Positions 18,867 to 33,245 of a stretch of DNA of 64,000 nt are shown here, one piece after another. The DNA comes from Amoebidium appalachense (Eukaryota; Protista; Ichthyosporea). The DNA lies in the NCBI GenBank assembly GCA_963693365.1, contig CAVNZM010000007.1, forward strand, positions 11,118,640-11,182,639, in the 5' to 3' direction. Position 1 is the stretch's first letter; every line of letters begins with the position of its first letter. The notes below the pieces were generated by a model. It was given only the letters and a program-made list of their open reading frames with translations. It ran no database searches and was not told where the DNA came from. The position numbers were made by a program, and so were the translations under genes.

Positions 18867-20058
18867 CACATGTGCACGGTGTGTAGATTTTTTCGGTGTA
18901 GGCGCCGGCAACAGCGTGGCCTCAGGTGATCCCCGATTCGCTGGATCTAGATCAAGGCCGGATAAACCGAATAAAGCCCATAAATGGTTATTATTACTCA
19001 TGTCTGGTTCGCTATACTAAATGCCTGATCAATAGTACATGCGTCCGGCGGACTTTCTGAAGCCTTGTGGATGTGCATATGAGTGATATCACGCAGCCCA
19101 ACAGGAAGAAGTGTACTTGGGTTTTAGAAACATACATTTTATGTTTATATTGTGGCAACAAGCTATCGTTCATGCATAAGCCCTGCTAACAGTGTGGGCG
19201 TGTGCCTTGATCAACCAGCAGCTAGCCCGTGGCGGCAGCGGCTCCAGTACTACACTGCAGCTGGGAGTGAGCTGGTACCAGGCACGGTGTCGATCGTCGT
19301 GGGTTCCGTTTGTAGCCAATTATTGCATATATGCGGTGATATAAAATAAGATGTTTTACTAAAGATTATTACACAGCTGCGGTGGTTTTTGGGGCTTGCT
19401 CATTGCAGCTACACGCATGCAGGCGTGGCGTCACACCGGTGCTACCGGTGCTGGCGTGCGGCACACGTGGAGGTTGTGGGCTAGCTCCGCCCTGGTGCAC
19501 TCCTGACCAATAGTAACCAGTAAAACAAATCGGTGAAGATCACTACTGATGATAAGCCAATCAGACACCTACCATTGAGCTCTGAGCTTGGTCACCCCTC
19601 AGGTCACAGCGTACCAAAGACCGGCTATTAGAAAAAGCAGAAATAGTTGAGATGGCAATGAATAAAATAAAAACAGAAAAAGAAATATGAAAAAAAAAAA
19701 AAAAAAAAAAAAAAAAGCTTTGGCGTTGCGGATGTCCACGTCATATTCATTAAAATGTGCCCAGGACTTGTCACTGCAAGCACATAATTGGCTGCTCATG
19801 AGCACCCTTCGCGTATATAAATACCCACCTTGTTTAGATGAAACTGATCTACATAGAGCCACACACGTATCAAGTGGTCGCCCTGCACACCTGAACACTG
19901 CTAGTTGTTTAACACTGCACGTCAAGTAGGAAATCTACATTTGTACAACACCTGGCCAGCCGAAGAGCTCTCAACGTAGACAGTTCGAGTTTCGAATTCT
20001 GTTGTGTTGTCTCACTTTGTTTTTGGTTTTGGCCTAGCCACTGAGTGCACCCACCCAC

Positions 20059-20325
20059 ATGGACCCAATTGCGAGCATGCACCAGATGGCCACCCCCGGT
20101 CAGCGGCGGCGTGGTTGTGTTGGCCAGCAGGGGGAGCAGGCAGCGCAGGCCGTGCAGGCGCTGCACTATGCGCTGCACTACAGCATGGACGATGAGATGC
20201 TGGCCGGCATGCTGCAGCGCGTGACCGTAGGAAGTCATGACGATAGCCCAATCACCAGCCCGGTCAGCAGCCCATCGGCCCCCACAGCAATGCACACCTA
20301 CAGCTGGGCCCTGCCACCAATGTAG
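20059..20325 (+). CDS. Small hypothetical protein (88 aa)
   Basis: ATG-initiated GC-rich ORF in AT-richer flanks. TATA-like GTATATAAATA near 19813. Confidence 0.35.
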   Translation: MDPIASMHQMATPGQRRRGCVGQQGEQAAQAVQALHYALHYSMDDEMLAGMLQRVTVGSHDDSPITSPVSSPSAPTAMHTYSWALPPM

Positions 20326-21336
20326 GGGCACACAGCACAGAGCAACCGTGAGACTACATACAAACCCAGGACCGTTGATGCGCGAATATCGAATGAACCC
20401 CAAGTTAGTGCCTGCGGGAAACAATACTTCCTCCGCGGCTGGCAGCAATTCCTTCAGGCCCACATGTAATCAGCCTTAGACTTGTACAGTGGCCCGTGTA
20501 GTTGTCTTTTCGCACTCTTTGTTTACATATTGAAGATGTATACATACGACGGTACTTCATTCTTTACATATTGAAGATGTATTCAATTTACATACTATGG
20601 TACTTCTTTCTTTAGTTCCGGGAACCACCCTCCATACCATTGTGGTGGACTTTGCACAATATGATATTTGGGAAGCCATTTATAGTAATATCTGTGCATA
20701 ATAGGCCGTGTACAGCCACATGTGCGTTGAGTTTCAGTGATTGTAAGCCCCACCCTGCTTGAGCTAATAATAACGCAGATTAAAGATTGTGGGATACAGC
20801 ACCACCGTGTTTTCCATTGTCATCATAGCAGTATTACACCCCGTGTGCATTTTCAATATTGTATTGTTGCAAATGTCAAAGCAACCCCGTGCAAAACGTA
20901 AGAGCTCTGTGCGCACGAGGGTCAAATAGACTGAGGCAAGCACACAAGCACCCCCACACACAAATCCGCATGCACACAACCATAAGGCACTGCACCGGTG
21001 TACATACAAGCCCAAACATGCACACAGATCACTCGGAGCACACATTCACACATCATTCTTCGCATTCTTGCTTTCTCTTTCCATGCCCATACCCTTAAGG
21101 GGCATGCCGTGATGCACACACAACATCTGGGCCCCAAATGCATGCACCCGACTGTGCATTCACAGGCATGCACAAGGCGGTGCTCACTGTGGTGTGAAAA
21201 CCTTATTATGAGGCGGTACGAAAGTTAAGTTGCCCGGGTCTGACTCAGCCAATCATATCGGATATCTGGGGTGACCACCCATTTCCATTGGTTCGGTGCA
21301 CTTGGCGTGCGGCTTCCATACCCATCCAAGACTTGT

Positions 21337-21538
21337 CACGCGTGGGGCGGGGAGGGGGAATATTTTTTGCGCTTTTTATTGTTCAGCACTCACGCGTGGG
21401 GCGGGGAGGGGGAATATTTTTGCGCTTTTTATTGTTCAGCACTCACGCGTGGGGCGGGGGGAGGAAGATTTTTGCGCTTTTTATTGTTCAGCACTCACGC
21501 GTGGGGCGGGGAGGGGGAATATTTTTGCGCTTTTTATT
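21337..21538. repeat. ~53-bp tandem repeat, ~3.8 copies
   Basis: CACGCGTGGGGCGGGGAGGGGGAATATTTTTGCGCTTTTTATTGTTCAGCACT is repeated. Confidence 0.9.
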
Positions 21539-21865
21539 GGTTAGCAAGTATTCACACTTAAGGTACCGTAGTCTCGTTTGTGTTTGGTGGAATGCACGAG
21601 GTGTTGCCACAAAGAGGCCAGCCGGAGCAAGTTGCCGGGACTAGTTGGGCCAATATAGGTTAAGAAATTCTTGATGAAACGGGGAGGGGGATAGTAGTAA
21701 CATTTATCATTATTATTATTTTTTCCGCGGGGGGGGGGGGGGGGGGGGGGGGGGAAGGAGAGAGGGAGGGGAATCCACCTGGGGGGGGGGGGGGGGGGGT
21801 CTGGGGAACAGGTGGATCCCCCCCCCCCTCCCTCCTTGGCCCCGGTAGCAAGGGGAGGGGGGAGA

Positions 21866-21896
<31 letters not shown>

Positions 21897-22520
21897 ACCA
21901 CCACCTACCTGGGTAGCTACCCCCCCCCCCCCCTCCAGAAGAGGGGGGATTACTCACCCCAATAGTCGGCTGGCATGCCTATGTCAGGTAGTAGTGAGAT
22001 GGTATGACTTAGCAGCGGTTGACATAGTGTTCCCAAAACGAAATGTCTTATTACATAGGAGTCCTTGATCATAATCACCTGAACTCAGCAAACACCATAC
22101 AATCATGCTCAAGCTCCCCCCCCCCTTCCCTCCCCCTCCCTCCCAACGCGTCCTTCCCTCAACTTGCGGGCCTGCCCCGGACTCGTCTCCCCACCGCATG
22201 CGCACACACACAAAGATTGCACACTTATATAGTTTACACGTGCCTGCATGCACCGTCACAAATATACCACGCAAGCGCGCGAGGTGCACAACCCAGCAAT
22301 GCGCACAAGACATGACCATGCAGATACACTCACCCACGCCACACACGCATACATTTTCCCCGCCACACAGACACGAACACTGCACGGTGAGCACGATAAT
22401 AACCCTGCCTCCAATAATTCACAGTTAAGCCTAAGTGGACCATAACCTATACAGCCTAAATGATTGGTGGGTGGAAAAAGGTGTTTGGTCTGGAGTCACG
22501 CACACACGTGTGGGGCCCCC

Positions 22521-22566
<46 letters not shown>

Positions 22567-22669
22567 GGGGGGGGGGGGGGGAGGGGGGGGAACCCACCAC
22601 CCCATCGGACCAGGTGGGTCCTTCCTCCTCCCCTCTCCCCCCTCCCCTCCCCCCTCGGAGTCCCCCCCC

Positions 22670-23038
22670 GAAAGAAACAATAACAAGAAGACGCACAGAG
22701 TCCTGCCAGGGAAGGGCGGATGGGGGCGGGGGGAGGGGGGGGGGGGGGGTTAAGAACGTGTTTAACTTATAGAGTGACGAGGTACTCATTTATAGCGGAC
22801 AACATAATGCCGGAGGGGGGTGGGAAGGTCTCCTGCATGTGCGCATGGTATTTTCGTGCCGATATGTGCACGGCCACAGCACATTGCATCCAATGGGTGG
22901 AATGTGCAGGCATCCATGGTTGCCAATTGATGGGTGTGACGTGCCCGTGTATGTGTGTGCATGGGCCCCCGAGGAGGGGGAGAAGGAGGGGAGCCCCCCC
23001 CTCCCCCGCGATCGCCCACTGGGTAGCCGCCGGGCGGG

Positions 23039-23071
<33 letters not shown>

Positions 23072-24091
23072 CTCGCCCTCCGGAGGGGGGGGGGGAGAGG
23101 GGGTACCACCGGGGGGCACGTCGATATTTATTTCCACATATAATGTCTATTTGATGTAGCGGTATGATGTAAGTGAAGCAGCGATTTGTATATCTTGTTG
23201 CGTGGTAGTACTGTTGGCCTTGGTGCCGACAACTCAGCACAGCTCCGACCTACATGTCGTTAAAACAGAGCACATTCCCCCCCACATTTATTACTCCACC
23301 CCCCAACATTTCAAAACTTAATTCAAAAATCCTAGAGTTAAGGGCTGACAATCATCACAAGAAATAGAAATACTATGAATAGTCACGCTAGCCCCCCCCA
23401 CCCCCCCCACCCCCCTCTCCTCGAGGGCCCATGCACACACATACACGGGCACATCACACACATAAATTGACAACCATGGATGCCTGCACATGCCCACCCA
23501 GTGGATGCAATGTGCTGTGGCCGTGCACATGTCATAGTGGACAAGAATACCATGCGCACATGGACTCAAGAATACCATGCGCACATGGACTCAAGAATAC
23601 CATGCGCACATGGACTCAAGAATACCATGCGCACATGGACTCAAGAATACCATGCGCACATGGACTCAAGAATACCATGCGCACATGGACTCAAGAATAC
23701 CATGCGCACATGGACTCAAGAATACCATGCGCACATGGACTCAAGAATACCATGCGCACATGGACTCAAGAATACCATGCGCACATGGACTCAAGAATAC
23801 CATGCGCACATGGACTCAAGAATACCATGCGCACATGGACTCAAGAATACCATGCGCACATGGACTCAAGAATACCATGCGCACATGGACTCAAGAATAC
23901 CATGCGCACATGGACTCAAGAATACCATGCGCACATGGACTCAAGAATACCATGCGCACATGGACTCAAGAATACCATGCGCACATGGACTCAAGAATAC
24001 ACCCCCCCAACCCAACCCCCCCACCCCCCGCCCTCCGGCATTATGTTGTCCGTTATCCATGTGCACCTCGTATTCTAACACGTTTAACCCC

Positions 24092-24122
<31 letters not shown>

Positions 24123-24170
24123 AAAACTGCCCTTTCCGCGGGACTAAGTCTGTTTGTCTTTTTGTTTTCG
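22670..24170. mobile_element. Foldback-like element with long imperfect inverted arms (~22670-22985 vs ~23410-24170)
   Basis: CGGACAACATAATGCCGGAGGG (~22796) pairs with CCCTCCGGCATTATGTTGTCCG (~24031). The block 22865-22975 is the reverse complement of ~23420-23530. No transposase; TSD not resolved. Confidence 0.6.
23543..24000. repeat. 25-bp perfect minisatellite, ~18 copies (AAGAATACCATGCGCACATGGACTC)
   Basis: Directly visible. It lies in the right arm of the foldback. Confidence 0.95.
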
Positions 24171-25111
24171 ACGTTGCAGTGCACACGTGCTGTGGTGGGA
24201 ATGAGGACTGTGGTGCCACTGGGCCAATGCACCCACACGGTCTCGAACACCTCCCAGCCACACGTGCACCCCCGCCCGCACGTCATATGTGCTTGATCGC
24301 ATGTACGCACACACAGCAAAACTACACACAGTGCACAGTGTGTATCCGATGCACACACACACACACACACGAGTAAAGGAAAATCCAAAGCCCAGTATGG
24401 GGGGATACTGTGAAGCCAATCATATTGGGGGAATGGCATGTATGATTAACGGTTTAGTGCATTCCTGCTGGCTGTTATTTGGCACGATGGAATATTTGCC
24501 GCACAGAGGTACACACGGCACACCTTCATGTCCAAGTCCTACGGTCCCCAGCACCACGCAGTAGCTGCCAGGCCCAGGCATGTGCTTGCTGGATAATGAT
24601 TGGGCATAGGCTCTGGCTGCAGCCATGTCGCAATAAGGTGCGGTTGTGGGAGAGGGTCGGCGGTGGGTGGGGTAGGGTGCACTGTGTGTGTGTGTGTGCG
24701 CGCGCACACGCGTGCGCGTGTGCATGTGTGTGCATGTGTGTGTATTTGTGTGTGTGCATGCGTGTGCGCACGCGCGCGCGTGTGTGTCTGTGTGCATGCC
24801 TGGCAGCCACTGTGTGTGTGCATGCAGGGTATAGCCATGTGGCCCACGTGCAAGTGGTATTGGTGTATGCCATGTGTGTGTGTGCATGCAGGACGGACAG
24901 GTGAACCAAGGTGTGTCTGTTCGCGCACGCGCGCTTCATGTGTGTGTGTGTGCATGCATGCGGACTACTGAGACACGTGTGCTGTGCGCTCCATGCAACG
25001 TGCCGAAAGGCGTGTATTGAGGCCATTGCCCAACCACACAGTGGCTGGCCGAAGTATCTATTTTTAATCAGTGTTACTATTTATGGTCTGTGGGCCAGGC
25101 CTATGGCTGGG

Positions 25112-27857
25112 CTACGACCAGGCCGACTGCTGGGCCGGGGCAGTCTTGTGTGTGCGGGCATGGGCCTGGGCGTCGCTGTGTGGAATCATCTGGCGGCAGG
25201 TGGGGCACAGGAAGTGCGGTGTGCGGCGGGGGGGCAGGGCGCTAGCCGATGTGGCCCAGTTCTGCTTGGCCTTTGTCCTGATCACCAGCACCTTGCGCAC
25301 CTCCTCCTCGTCCCTCTGCTGCTCCTGTAGCGCCTTGGCATCGCTGTGGGCCCCCAGCAGTGCCCGCTGCCTGTCCGTGTCGGGCAGCAGCGCCACCATC
25401 TCGTGGAACAGCCCAGCTGCATGGGCCCCCAGCAGGCTGCAGTAGTGGCCGTAGTATGTGGCTGCATCTATGCGCCCACTGCGGTACTCCCCCGCCAGCC
25501 GCTTGAACTCTCCGTAGCGCTCAGCACTGCCCAGCGCGTCTCTGATGCGCTTGGCCAGGGCCGCACTGCGCTCCTCATAGTTGGCCGGCTTGACCCAGCC
25601 ACTATCCTGCAGCGCCTTTCGGCCCCCTACACTACCAGTGCCTAGCACGGGGAAGTCGGCCGCACTGCTGCTGGCTGGCGGTGTGGCTGCTGCCGGGGCG
25701 GCCTTGGCTGCAGGTGGGGGAGCAGGTCGGCTGGGTGCCGACAGGGCCGGGAATGCATCTGCGGCCAGCGGCCGGGGGGATTGGGCTGGGCCCGGGGGCG
25801 GGCCTGCAGCCAGCCGGGCGGCATTGGGGCCACTGGGCCGGCCAGGTGGGCGCACGGGCTGGGGCACAGGGGCCAGCGCAGGGAACATCTCCTCCTGGGT
25901 GGGCCGCCTGCTGGCTGCTGGGGCCGCCCCCCGGCCAGCTGGGGCGGGGCTCGGGCGGGGGGCTGTGGCCGACAGGGGAGGGAAGGCGGATGGGGCCACG
26001 GCACGGGTGGGTGCTGCTGGCTGAGGGACAGGGGCAGGTGCGGGTGCCGGGGGTGGGGGGGATGGGGCCGCGGGCTCTACGGGGCGCATGGTGGGGGTGA
26101 CGCCAAAGCCGGCAGGGGGTGCCCGGGCACCACTGGCCGAGGTGCCGAAGCCGGCAGGGGGAGGGCGGACCCCTGCAGGTTGCTGCTGGGGTGGTGCTGC
26201 CTGGGGCTGCTTCTGCTTTTTCTTCTTGGCCACCAGGCCCCCCACGGGGCTGGGCGCTGCCCCACTAGAGGCCAGGGCAGGGAACTGAGCATCGGCCATG
26301 CTGCCGCCTGGGGCTGTGCGGCCGGGCACCCACAGGGGGGCCGGGCCCGAGCCCATGTCGCTGAGGTCTGGGGCCATGCTGTCCAGCGCCTGGCTGGATG
26401 CTGACCGGGATGGCCCCTGCGGGCTGCTGGCCGGGCTGGGCTCCCGCCTGCCCCGGCCCCTGGCCCTGCCGCGGCCCAGGGGCTGGTCGGAGTCCTGGGG
26501 TGGGTCGTACTGGAAGCCCAGCTCGATCTGCAGGGCCTGCTTCTTCTGCGCACGGCTGAGGCCCCGTGCATGCTCCTCGGCTATGTGGGCCCTGTAGTCG
26601 ATGTCCGAGTCAAACACCACGAACTTCTTGTCCAGGCACTCTGGCTCGGGGCACAGGATGTGGTCCCGCTCAAAGTGCCGCTGCAGCTCCGGGTAGTCCC
26701 CGTAGTAGGCGTTGGGCTGGCCGGCACGGTGGCACAGGTGGCAGCGGAAGTGGCGGTCTCTGAGGTGCTCGAGCAGCTCATCGTTGCCGTAGAAGTGTAG
26801 CTGGCAGAACTCACACAGCGGGTGGCCCTTGTGCGATGTGTCGTCTCGGTCCCCATGGCGCCGGTGGCGGGCAAGGTCCCTACGGGTGTACAGGCGCTGG
26901 TCTGCTATGAAGACCTTGAGGTGCGCCACACACAGGTCACAGAGAAAGAGCTCGTGCATGCGCTTGAGATGCTCCTTCAGGCCCTTGAGCGTCTTGCAGT
27001 CCTGCTTGCTGGTGTCAGTGCATGCAGCCAGGCCTACATCCATAGTAGCCACCCAGCACGGCACATCACAAATATGCTCGGTAAATGCCCAACGGCAGAG
27101 ATATAACCTCCGCCCAACCAGGTATATGGCCCTCACCAACGCACAACTTACCCCTTTGTATCCACTGCTATTTGATGAGCTAAGCCATTAACAGCAGCCC
27201 TCCCCCCCCTCCCCCCCCCCCCCCTACCCTTAAACACCACAGCTTTCCAAATGAAGCAATGACATGCCACCTTTTGCAGCAGCCCTGTTCCCGCCCACTG
27301 ACCACCCACCAACCCACACCACCACAATACCCACCCAAGGCATACACCCTCTACAAGCCACATGTGAACCACAGCATTTATACCCCCAAAGCTCTGTGTG
27401 CAATGCACCGTCAGTCCAGTACATGGCCATGCAGGGCCACAGACTGTGCAAGCAACACACACGTACCCACAAAGCGAGAGAGGATGCAGGAGAAGAGGAG
27501 TGGCACATATGCAGCAACAAAACAGGCTTGCACTATGGAAAAGGAGGGACTAAGAATGCCACCGGCAGGGAGGTTCAGAGGTTACAAGAAGATACACGGT
27601 GCAGGTAACCCGGTCATGCATTCATAATATGCAAACTGGGCATGCGCATTATGCAGCACAGGAAGAGCCCAGAAAGGAGAGATGGCGCCAGGGGCCCGGG
27701 GGGGGGGGGGTTTGAATGCGTCAAAAAGTACGAAGTACACAAGAACAAACGGATAACACGATGCAAAATGCAAGCCATACATAAGGAGTATGCATAATAA
27801 GCAGAGCCCATCCTCAGCGGGGGCCCACGTCATCCACAGGGGGGGGGGGGGGGGGGG

Positions 27858-27892
<35 letters not shown>

Positions 27893-28537
27893 CACAGTAC
27901 GCACATCTCAATACACTCAAACAGGTGCAAAGTTGAACTCAGCAGCCCGAGAAAGGGGCCATGTGGGAATTTGCCATGATGGAGAAGGAGAAGTGGGCCA
28001 ACAGAGGGGTTGGGAGTAGTTTAGCCCCTGACCAGTCATTGTGCACAGAGAGGATAAGGGCTGCAGGCACACAGAGACATGGGCCAGGCCGGGTGTGGGC
28101 ACACAGCAAGCTAATACGGAAAGCCTCACACCACAAAAAAAAAAACTGTCTTCGATCTCAATGTCCACCCCTCCCCCCCTCCCCCTCCCCCCGCACGCCT
28201 CCCAACACTCACAAACACACACACGCAAAAAGCAAAAAACTACTTTCAATGCGAGTGTAGCTGTGTGGGCTGGCACAGTAGTCAGGTTGGGCCATTCGTA
28301 TGGGGCCCCCCTGTGCAGGAGAAAACAAGTGCCGCAGTGTGCTTTTTGCCGTGCATGCATGACATCTGTGCGTGTCGTGTGTAAATGCTTTGCAAGTCTC
28401 GGTCTGAGAGGAAGAGCGTGCATGAGTGGGCGTATGTGTTTACATGTGCACCTGTGTGCATGCGCTTGTGCTATGCATGCTGTGTTTGTGCGCGCATGCG
28501 TGCCTGTGTGTGTGCTGCAAGTGCCCACTTGTTTGTA

Positions 28538-28593
<56 letters not shown>

Positions 28594-29741
28594 CCTGTGT
28601 GTGTTTGCCTGCGTGACCTACCGTGCTGCAAACCCTGCAGTCGTAAGCAAACAGCTGCTGCACCTCGCTGTGCAGTTCGCTGCTTTCAAAGTAAACCCCC
28701 CAGCGCTTGTCGAACGGCTTGCCCGTCAGCTTCATATCCTGCACCAATAGTCAGCACACAGGGAGAGTGGGGGGGATGGGAGGGAGGGAGGGGGTGCTGC
28801 AACAGCCACACAAATAGGGGCTTTTGGTGGTGGTGGGGGGGCGGGGGAAGAGTTTTTTACGCAATTGGTGCCGTGGGAGGGGCGAGGGAGGAAGCAGGTG
28901 GGGGGGGGGGGGAGGGGGGGGGGGAGAGGAGGGAGGCAGCGAGTGGGGAGCAGTGAAAGAGTGTGTGTACACTCAAGACAACACACACAGCACGTATAAG
29001 GACAGATCACTACACCCCTGCGTGGCCATGCGCGCGCACACAAACACAGAAAGTGTGCACACAGCCTCAACTACGTGCATGCAAACACAGGCCAGTCGTT
29101 ATTCATGCACAGACACAGCGACCGAGCTTCATCACACACACATGCGCCTCCCCCCGCCTACCCCTGACCTACAGCCACGGCCCCACCGGACGCACCTGGA
29201 AGGGTGTGAGCAGGTCTTTGGTGAAGACCACCGCCTCCTGGTCACTGCGGCACAGCACACAGGCCGTGCTGCCGGACAGTGCGCGCAGTCGCAAGGCGCA
29301 GAGGTGACACACGGTGCGGTGGTTGCAGGCCCCCACCGAGAAGTAGCGCACGGGCTCCACGCACACGCTGCAGGTCGCGTCCAGCGCCCTGCCGCCCACA
29401 GCCAGGCTGGGCCGCCTGGGTGCGGCCCCCACCGCCCTGTTGTCGTCCTGCCCCTCGTCCTCCTCCTTGGGCCCGCGCCGCCCGCGCCCCCTGCCTGCCC
29501 CGGCGGTGGCGCCCGTGTCCAGCGGCTGTGCGTGGCGCTGGGCGTGCTGCGTGGCCGGCGAGCCGTGCACAAACACGGGCGCAGCCGTCAGCCGCGCCTG
29601 CAGCTCGGGCTGCCCGCGGCCGCGGCCCCGCCGTGGCCCTGCGGCAGCACCCTCGCTGTTGCCGGCCGGCTGCTCGTCGCTGTGGCCGGCCCGTGCTGAC
29701 CCCTCGCCCTCGGCATGCCTCCTGCCTCGGCGCCCATACAT
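25112..29741 (-). CDS. ZNF598: ZNF598/Hel2-family RING E3 ubiquitin ligase (ribosome quality control); exons 29741-29196, 28738-28622, 27001-25112
   Basis: N-terminal RING CSVC...GACNHRTVCHLCALRLRAL...CVLCR. Conserved blocks HELFLCDLCVAHLKVF, GHPLCEFCQLHFYGNDELLEHLRDRH and CPEPECLDKKFVVFDSDIDYRAHIAEEH. Repeated FPAL motifs. The GT-AG junctions give a continuous frame. Confidence 0.93.
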
Positions 29742-30590
29742 GGTGCTGGCTGCGACACAAAAACACAGTCACAGTCCGGCAAACAAACTATGAAGCTGAG
29801 CCGAGTGGCGAAAAGGGTGTTCATGTGGCGGCCAAGGTGATCGCACAGGCCAGACCTTCGCGATGGCAATGCCGGGCCCATGTCGCACAGGCCCAGCCAA
29901 CCCGCCTGACACACGGGGTTTCCCCACCGAGGCTGATGTCAGATAAACCTGCGGCAAAATAGGGTGTAGATAATAGCTCTACTATAATAGGTTCCCGCTG
30001 GGCCTGTGTTTGTAGAGCAAACCTTTGCTGACCAGTCAGTGTATAGTTAAAAACTTAAAGGGAAAGACAGGGCGTGGGGGTGGGGGTGTTCGGTTTTGTT
30101 GGGCAGCACACGATCATTGATTGGTCGCAGGTTATTATGCAACCGCCGGTCATACGTGCATCGATATCCGCCGCAGCTACAAAAAAAATATATAGGCGCG
30201 CTACTGCTGCTACATAGCATGCAACACTGAGTAGTACCAGGCTCGTACATGGGCGTGCCACGGGCAACCCCGGTGCAGTTATCAATGCCCGGCCGACACC
30301 AGGCTGGATGCAAACCTACATCATGCATTTTGCCCACGAAGGCCGGGGCCCAGCGGTGTAGCCACACGGGCTCTTGCAGGCCCTATGTAATATTTATCTG
30401 AGCTCATGCTTCGCTGGCTGCGTGCACCACCATCGGACGATGGTGGCCGGGGGAAGCTATGGCGGGCACCGAGTGAGGCAGTGTCAGTGTGCGGGCACAG
30501 GGACGGAGGCCGCTACCTAGGATGGTGAGTTCAAGGGAGCGGAGGGTTCCGGCCGCGCCGGCGGGGGGGAGGGGGGGGAAGGGGAGAGAA

Positions 30591-30627
<37 letters not shown>

Positions 30628-30868
30628 CGCAGAAACAAGGAGACTGTGTGATTCTTCGTGCACCGCACGGCTGCAAGAGCACACCACTTTTCAGGTCGTG
30701 CCTCAAAGTTTAGGCTTCACTATAATCGGCGACTTTGCTACGCACCCGTCGTGCCTGTCCATTCGCAATTGTTCGAGTGTACACGTGTGCTATTATTACT
30801 GCCATACGCGTGTGTGGTTTGTGCTATTAATAGTAATAGTGTCATTCACATGTGTGGTGTGTGCTATA

Positions 30869-30961
30869 CTAACACGTACTGACGTGTTGCCGCACGTGCG
30901 ACGTTATACATCTACTCAGGCGGCAAAAAAAGAAAGGAGACACCGCCTCAGTAGGTGGTAG
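30869..30961 (+). mobile_element. Small MITE, copy 1 (same family as 42309-42430)
   Basis: Ends CTAACACGTACTGACG...CCTCAGTAGGTGGTAG form imperfect TIRs. The flanks GTGCTA-TA / GTGCTACTA look like a 9-bp TSD with one indel. Confidence 0.65.
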
Positions 30962-31116
30962 GTGCTACTAATAGCGTCATTCACATGTGCGGTGTGTGCG
31001 ATTAATAGCGTCATTCATGTGTGGTGTGTGCTATTGATAGTGTCATTCATACGTGTGGGATGTGTGCTATTATTAGCGCCATTCCATGTGCTATTATTAG
31101 TATCATTCGTGCATGT

Positions 31117-33214
31117 CTATGCCACCACGTGCCCCGCTGCTGATGCCGGGGGTGCCTCCTGGGTGTTGGGCTTTGGGGGTGGTGGGCTGTGGGGGGGGGA
31201 CTGTGGCCCCTCGTCGACTGCGGCTGGGCCATGGTCGGTGGCTGTTGGCTCGTGGGAGCTGGGCAGGGTGCTGGCCGGCTGCAGGGCCAGGGCCGTGTGG
31301 GGGCTGGTGGGCCCGGCAGGCAGGTCGGGCAGCTGCAGGGCATCGGGCAGTGAGTGCGACTTGCGCAGCGGCGACGGGGAGTGTGGCTGGTGGCTGTGCG
31401 TCACGGCCCGGCGTGCCCGGCTGGCTGGGCTGGTGCTGCGCAGGGGACTGGGCAGGCGGGGGGCTGGGGCCGGGGAGTCCTTTGCTATGGACGGGGAGAA
31501 GAGCGGGTTGGCGGCCATCAGCGCATGCACCTCCTGCACGGGCAGCTGACGCATCACTGTCTGCCGGCAGAAGCGCTGGAACCGCGCAGAGTAGAACTTG
31601 GGGTTGTGCACGCTGATGTGGTCCTGCAGCAACATGCACACAGTGAGTTCCAACCCAATGACCATGCATGCACACAGTGAGTTCCAACACAGTCACCATG
31701 CATGCACACAGTGAGTTCCAACACAGTCACCATGCATGCACACAGTGAGTTCCAGCACAGTCACCATGCATGCACACAGTGAGTTCCAACCCAATCACCA
31801 TGCATGCACACAGTGAGTTCCAACACAGTCACCATGCATGCACACAGTGAGTTCCAACCCAGTCACCATGCATGCACACAGTGAGTCCCAACCCAATCAC
31901 CATGCATGCACACAGTGAGTCCCAACCCAATCACCATGCATGCACACAGTGAGTTCCAACCCAGTCACCATGCATGCACACAGTGAGTTCCAACCCAGTT
32001 ACCATGCATGCACACAGTGAGTTCCAACCCAGTTACCATGCATGCACACAGTGAGTTCCAGCCCAGTTACTATGCATGCACACAGTGAATTCCATCCCAA
32101 TAACCATGCATGCACACAGTGAGTTCCATCCCAATAACCATGCATGCACACAGTGAGTTCCAACCCAGTTACTATGTATGCGCACAGTGAGTTCCAGCCC
32201 AGTTACTATGCATGCACACAGTGAGTTCCAGCCCAGTTACTATGCATGCACACAGTGAATTCCATCCCAGTTACTATGCATGCACACAGTGAGTTCCAAC
32301 CCAATAACCATGCATGCACACAGTGAGTTCCAACCCAGTTACTATGTAAGCACACAGTGAGTTCCAACCCAGTTACTATGTATGCACACAGTGAGTTCCA
32401 GCCCAGTTACTATGCATGCACACGTTGAATTCCATCCCACTTACTATGCATGCACACAGTGAGTTCCAACCCAATAACCATGCATGCACACAGTGAGTTC
32501 CAACCCAATTACCATGCATGCACACAGTGAGTTCCAACCCAATCACTAAGCATGCACACAGTGAGCCAACGAACCCAGGCCATGTGCATGCACACAGTGT
32601 GAGCACAGCACCCCGGCCAAGTGCATGCACACAGTGAGCCCCAACCCAATCACAATGGCATGCACACAGTGAGTCCCATTACAGCGAAAATCCCAACCCC
32701 CCACCCTGCATGCACACAGTCCACTTGCATGCACACAGTGCCTTTGCATGCACACAGTGGCTTTGCATGTACACTGTGGCTTTGCAAGCACACAGTGGCT
32801 TTGCATGGACACTCTGTGTTTGCATGCACACAGTGCGTTTGCATGCACACAGTGACTTTGCATGCACACAGTGGCTTTGCATGCACACAGTGAGCACTCA
32901 CCGCCTCGTGCAGCATGGCCTTTATGTTGTGCTCGACTATCTTTCTCATTTTGTACTGCTGCAGCACGTCGATGATCCCGAGGAACAAGAGCACTGGCCG
33001 CCCGTCCTCCACAAACCCCACAATGCCCCCCCTGTGGCCCCGTCAGCCACGCGTCCTAAACCGGAACACCATGCACCACACATAACTAAACCGGAACACC
33101 ATGTACTACATATCTCACGGCACACCAATACATCCATGCAGCCTACCACGTCATACAGTCACACAGCCTCTTGCAAAAGCCACAGGAGACACAATCTTCT
33201 ATTTGTCACCCCCC

Positions 33215-33245
<31 letters not shown>

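Noticed and set aside
23431-24376. ORFs of 215-298 aa in all three plus frames
   Set aside because: By-product of a stop-free 25-bp tandem unit.
27002-27139. N-terminus of the 675-aa ORF as the ZNF598 start
   Set aside because: The RING domain lies in upstream exons. This stretch is intron ending at the acceptor before 27001.
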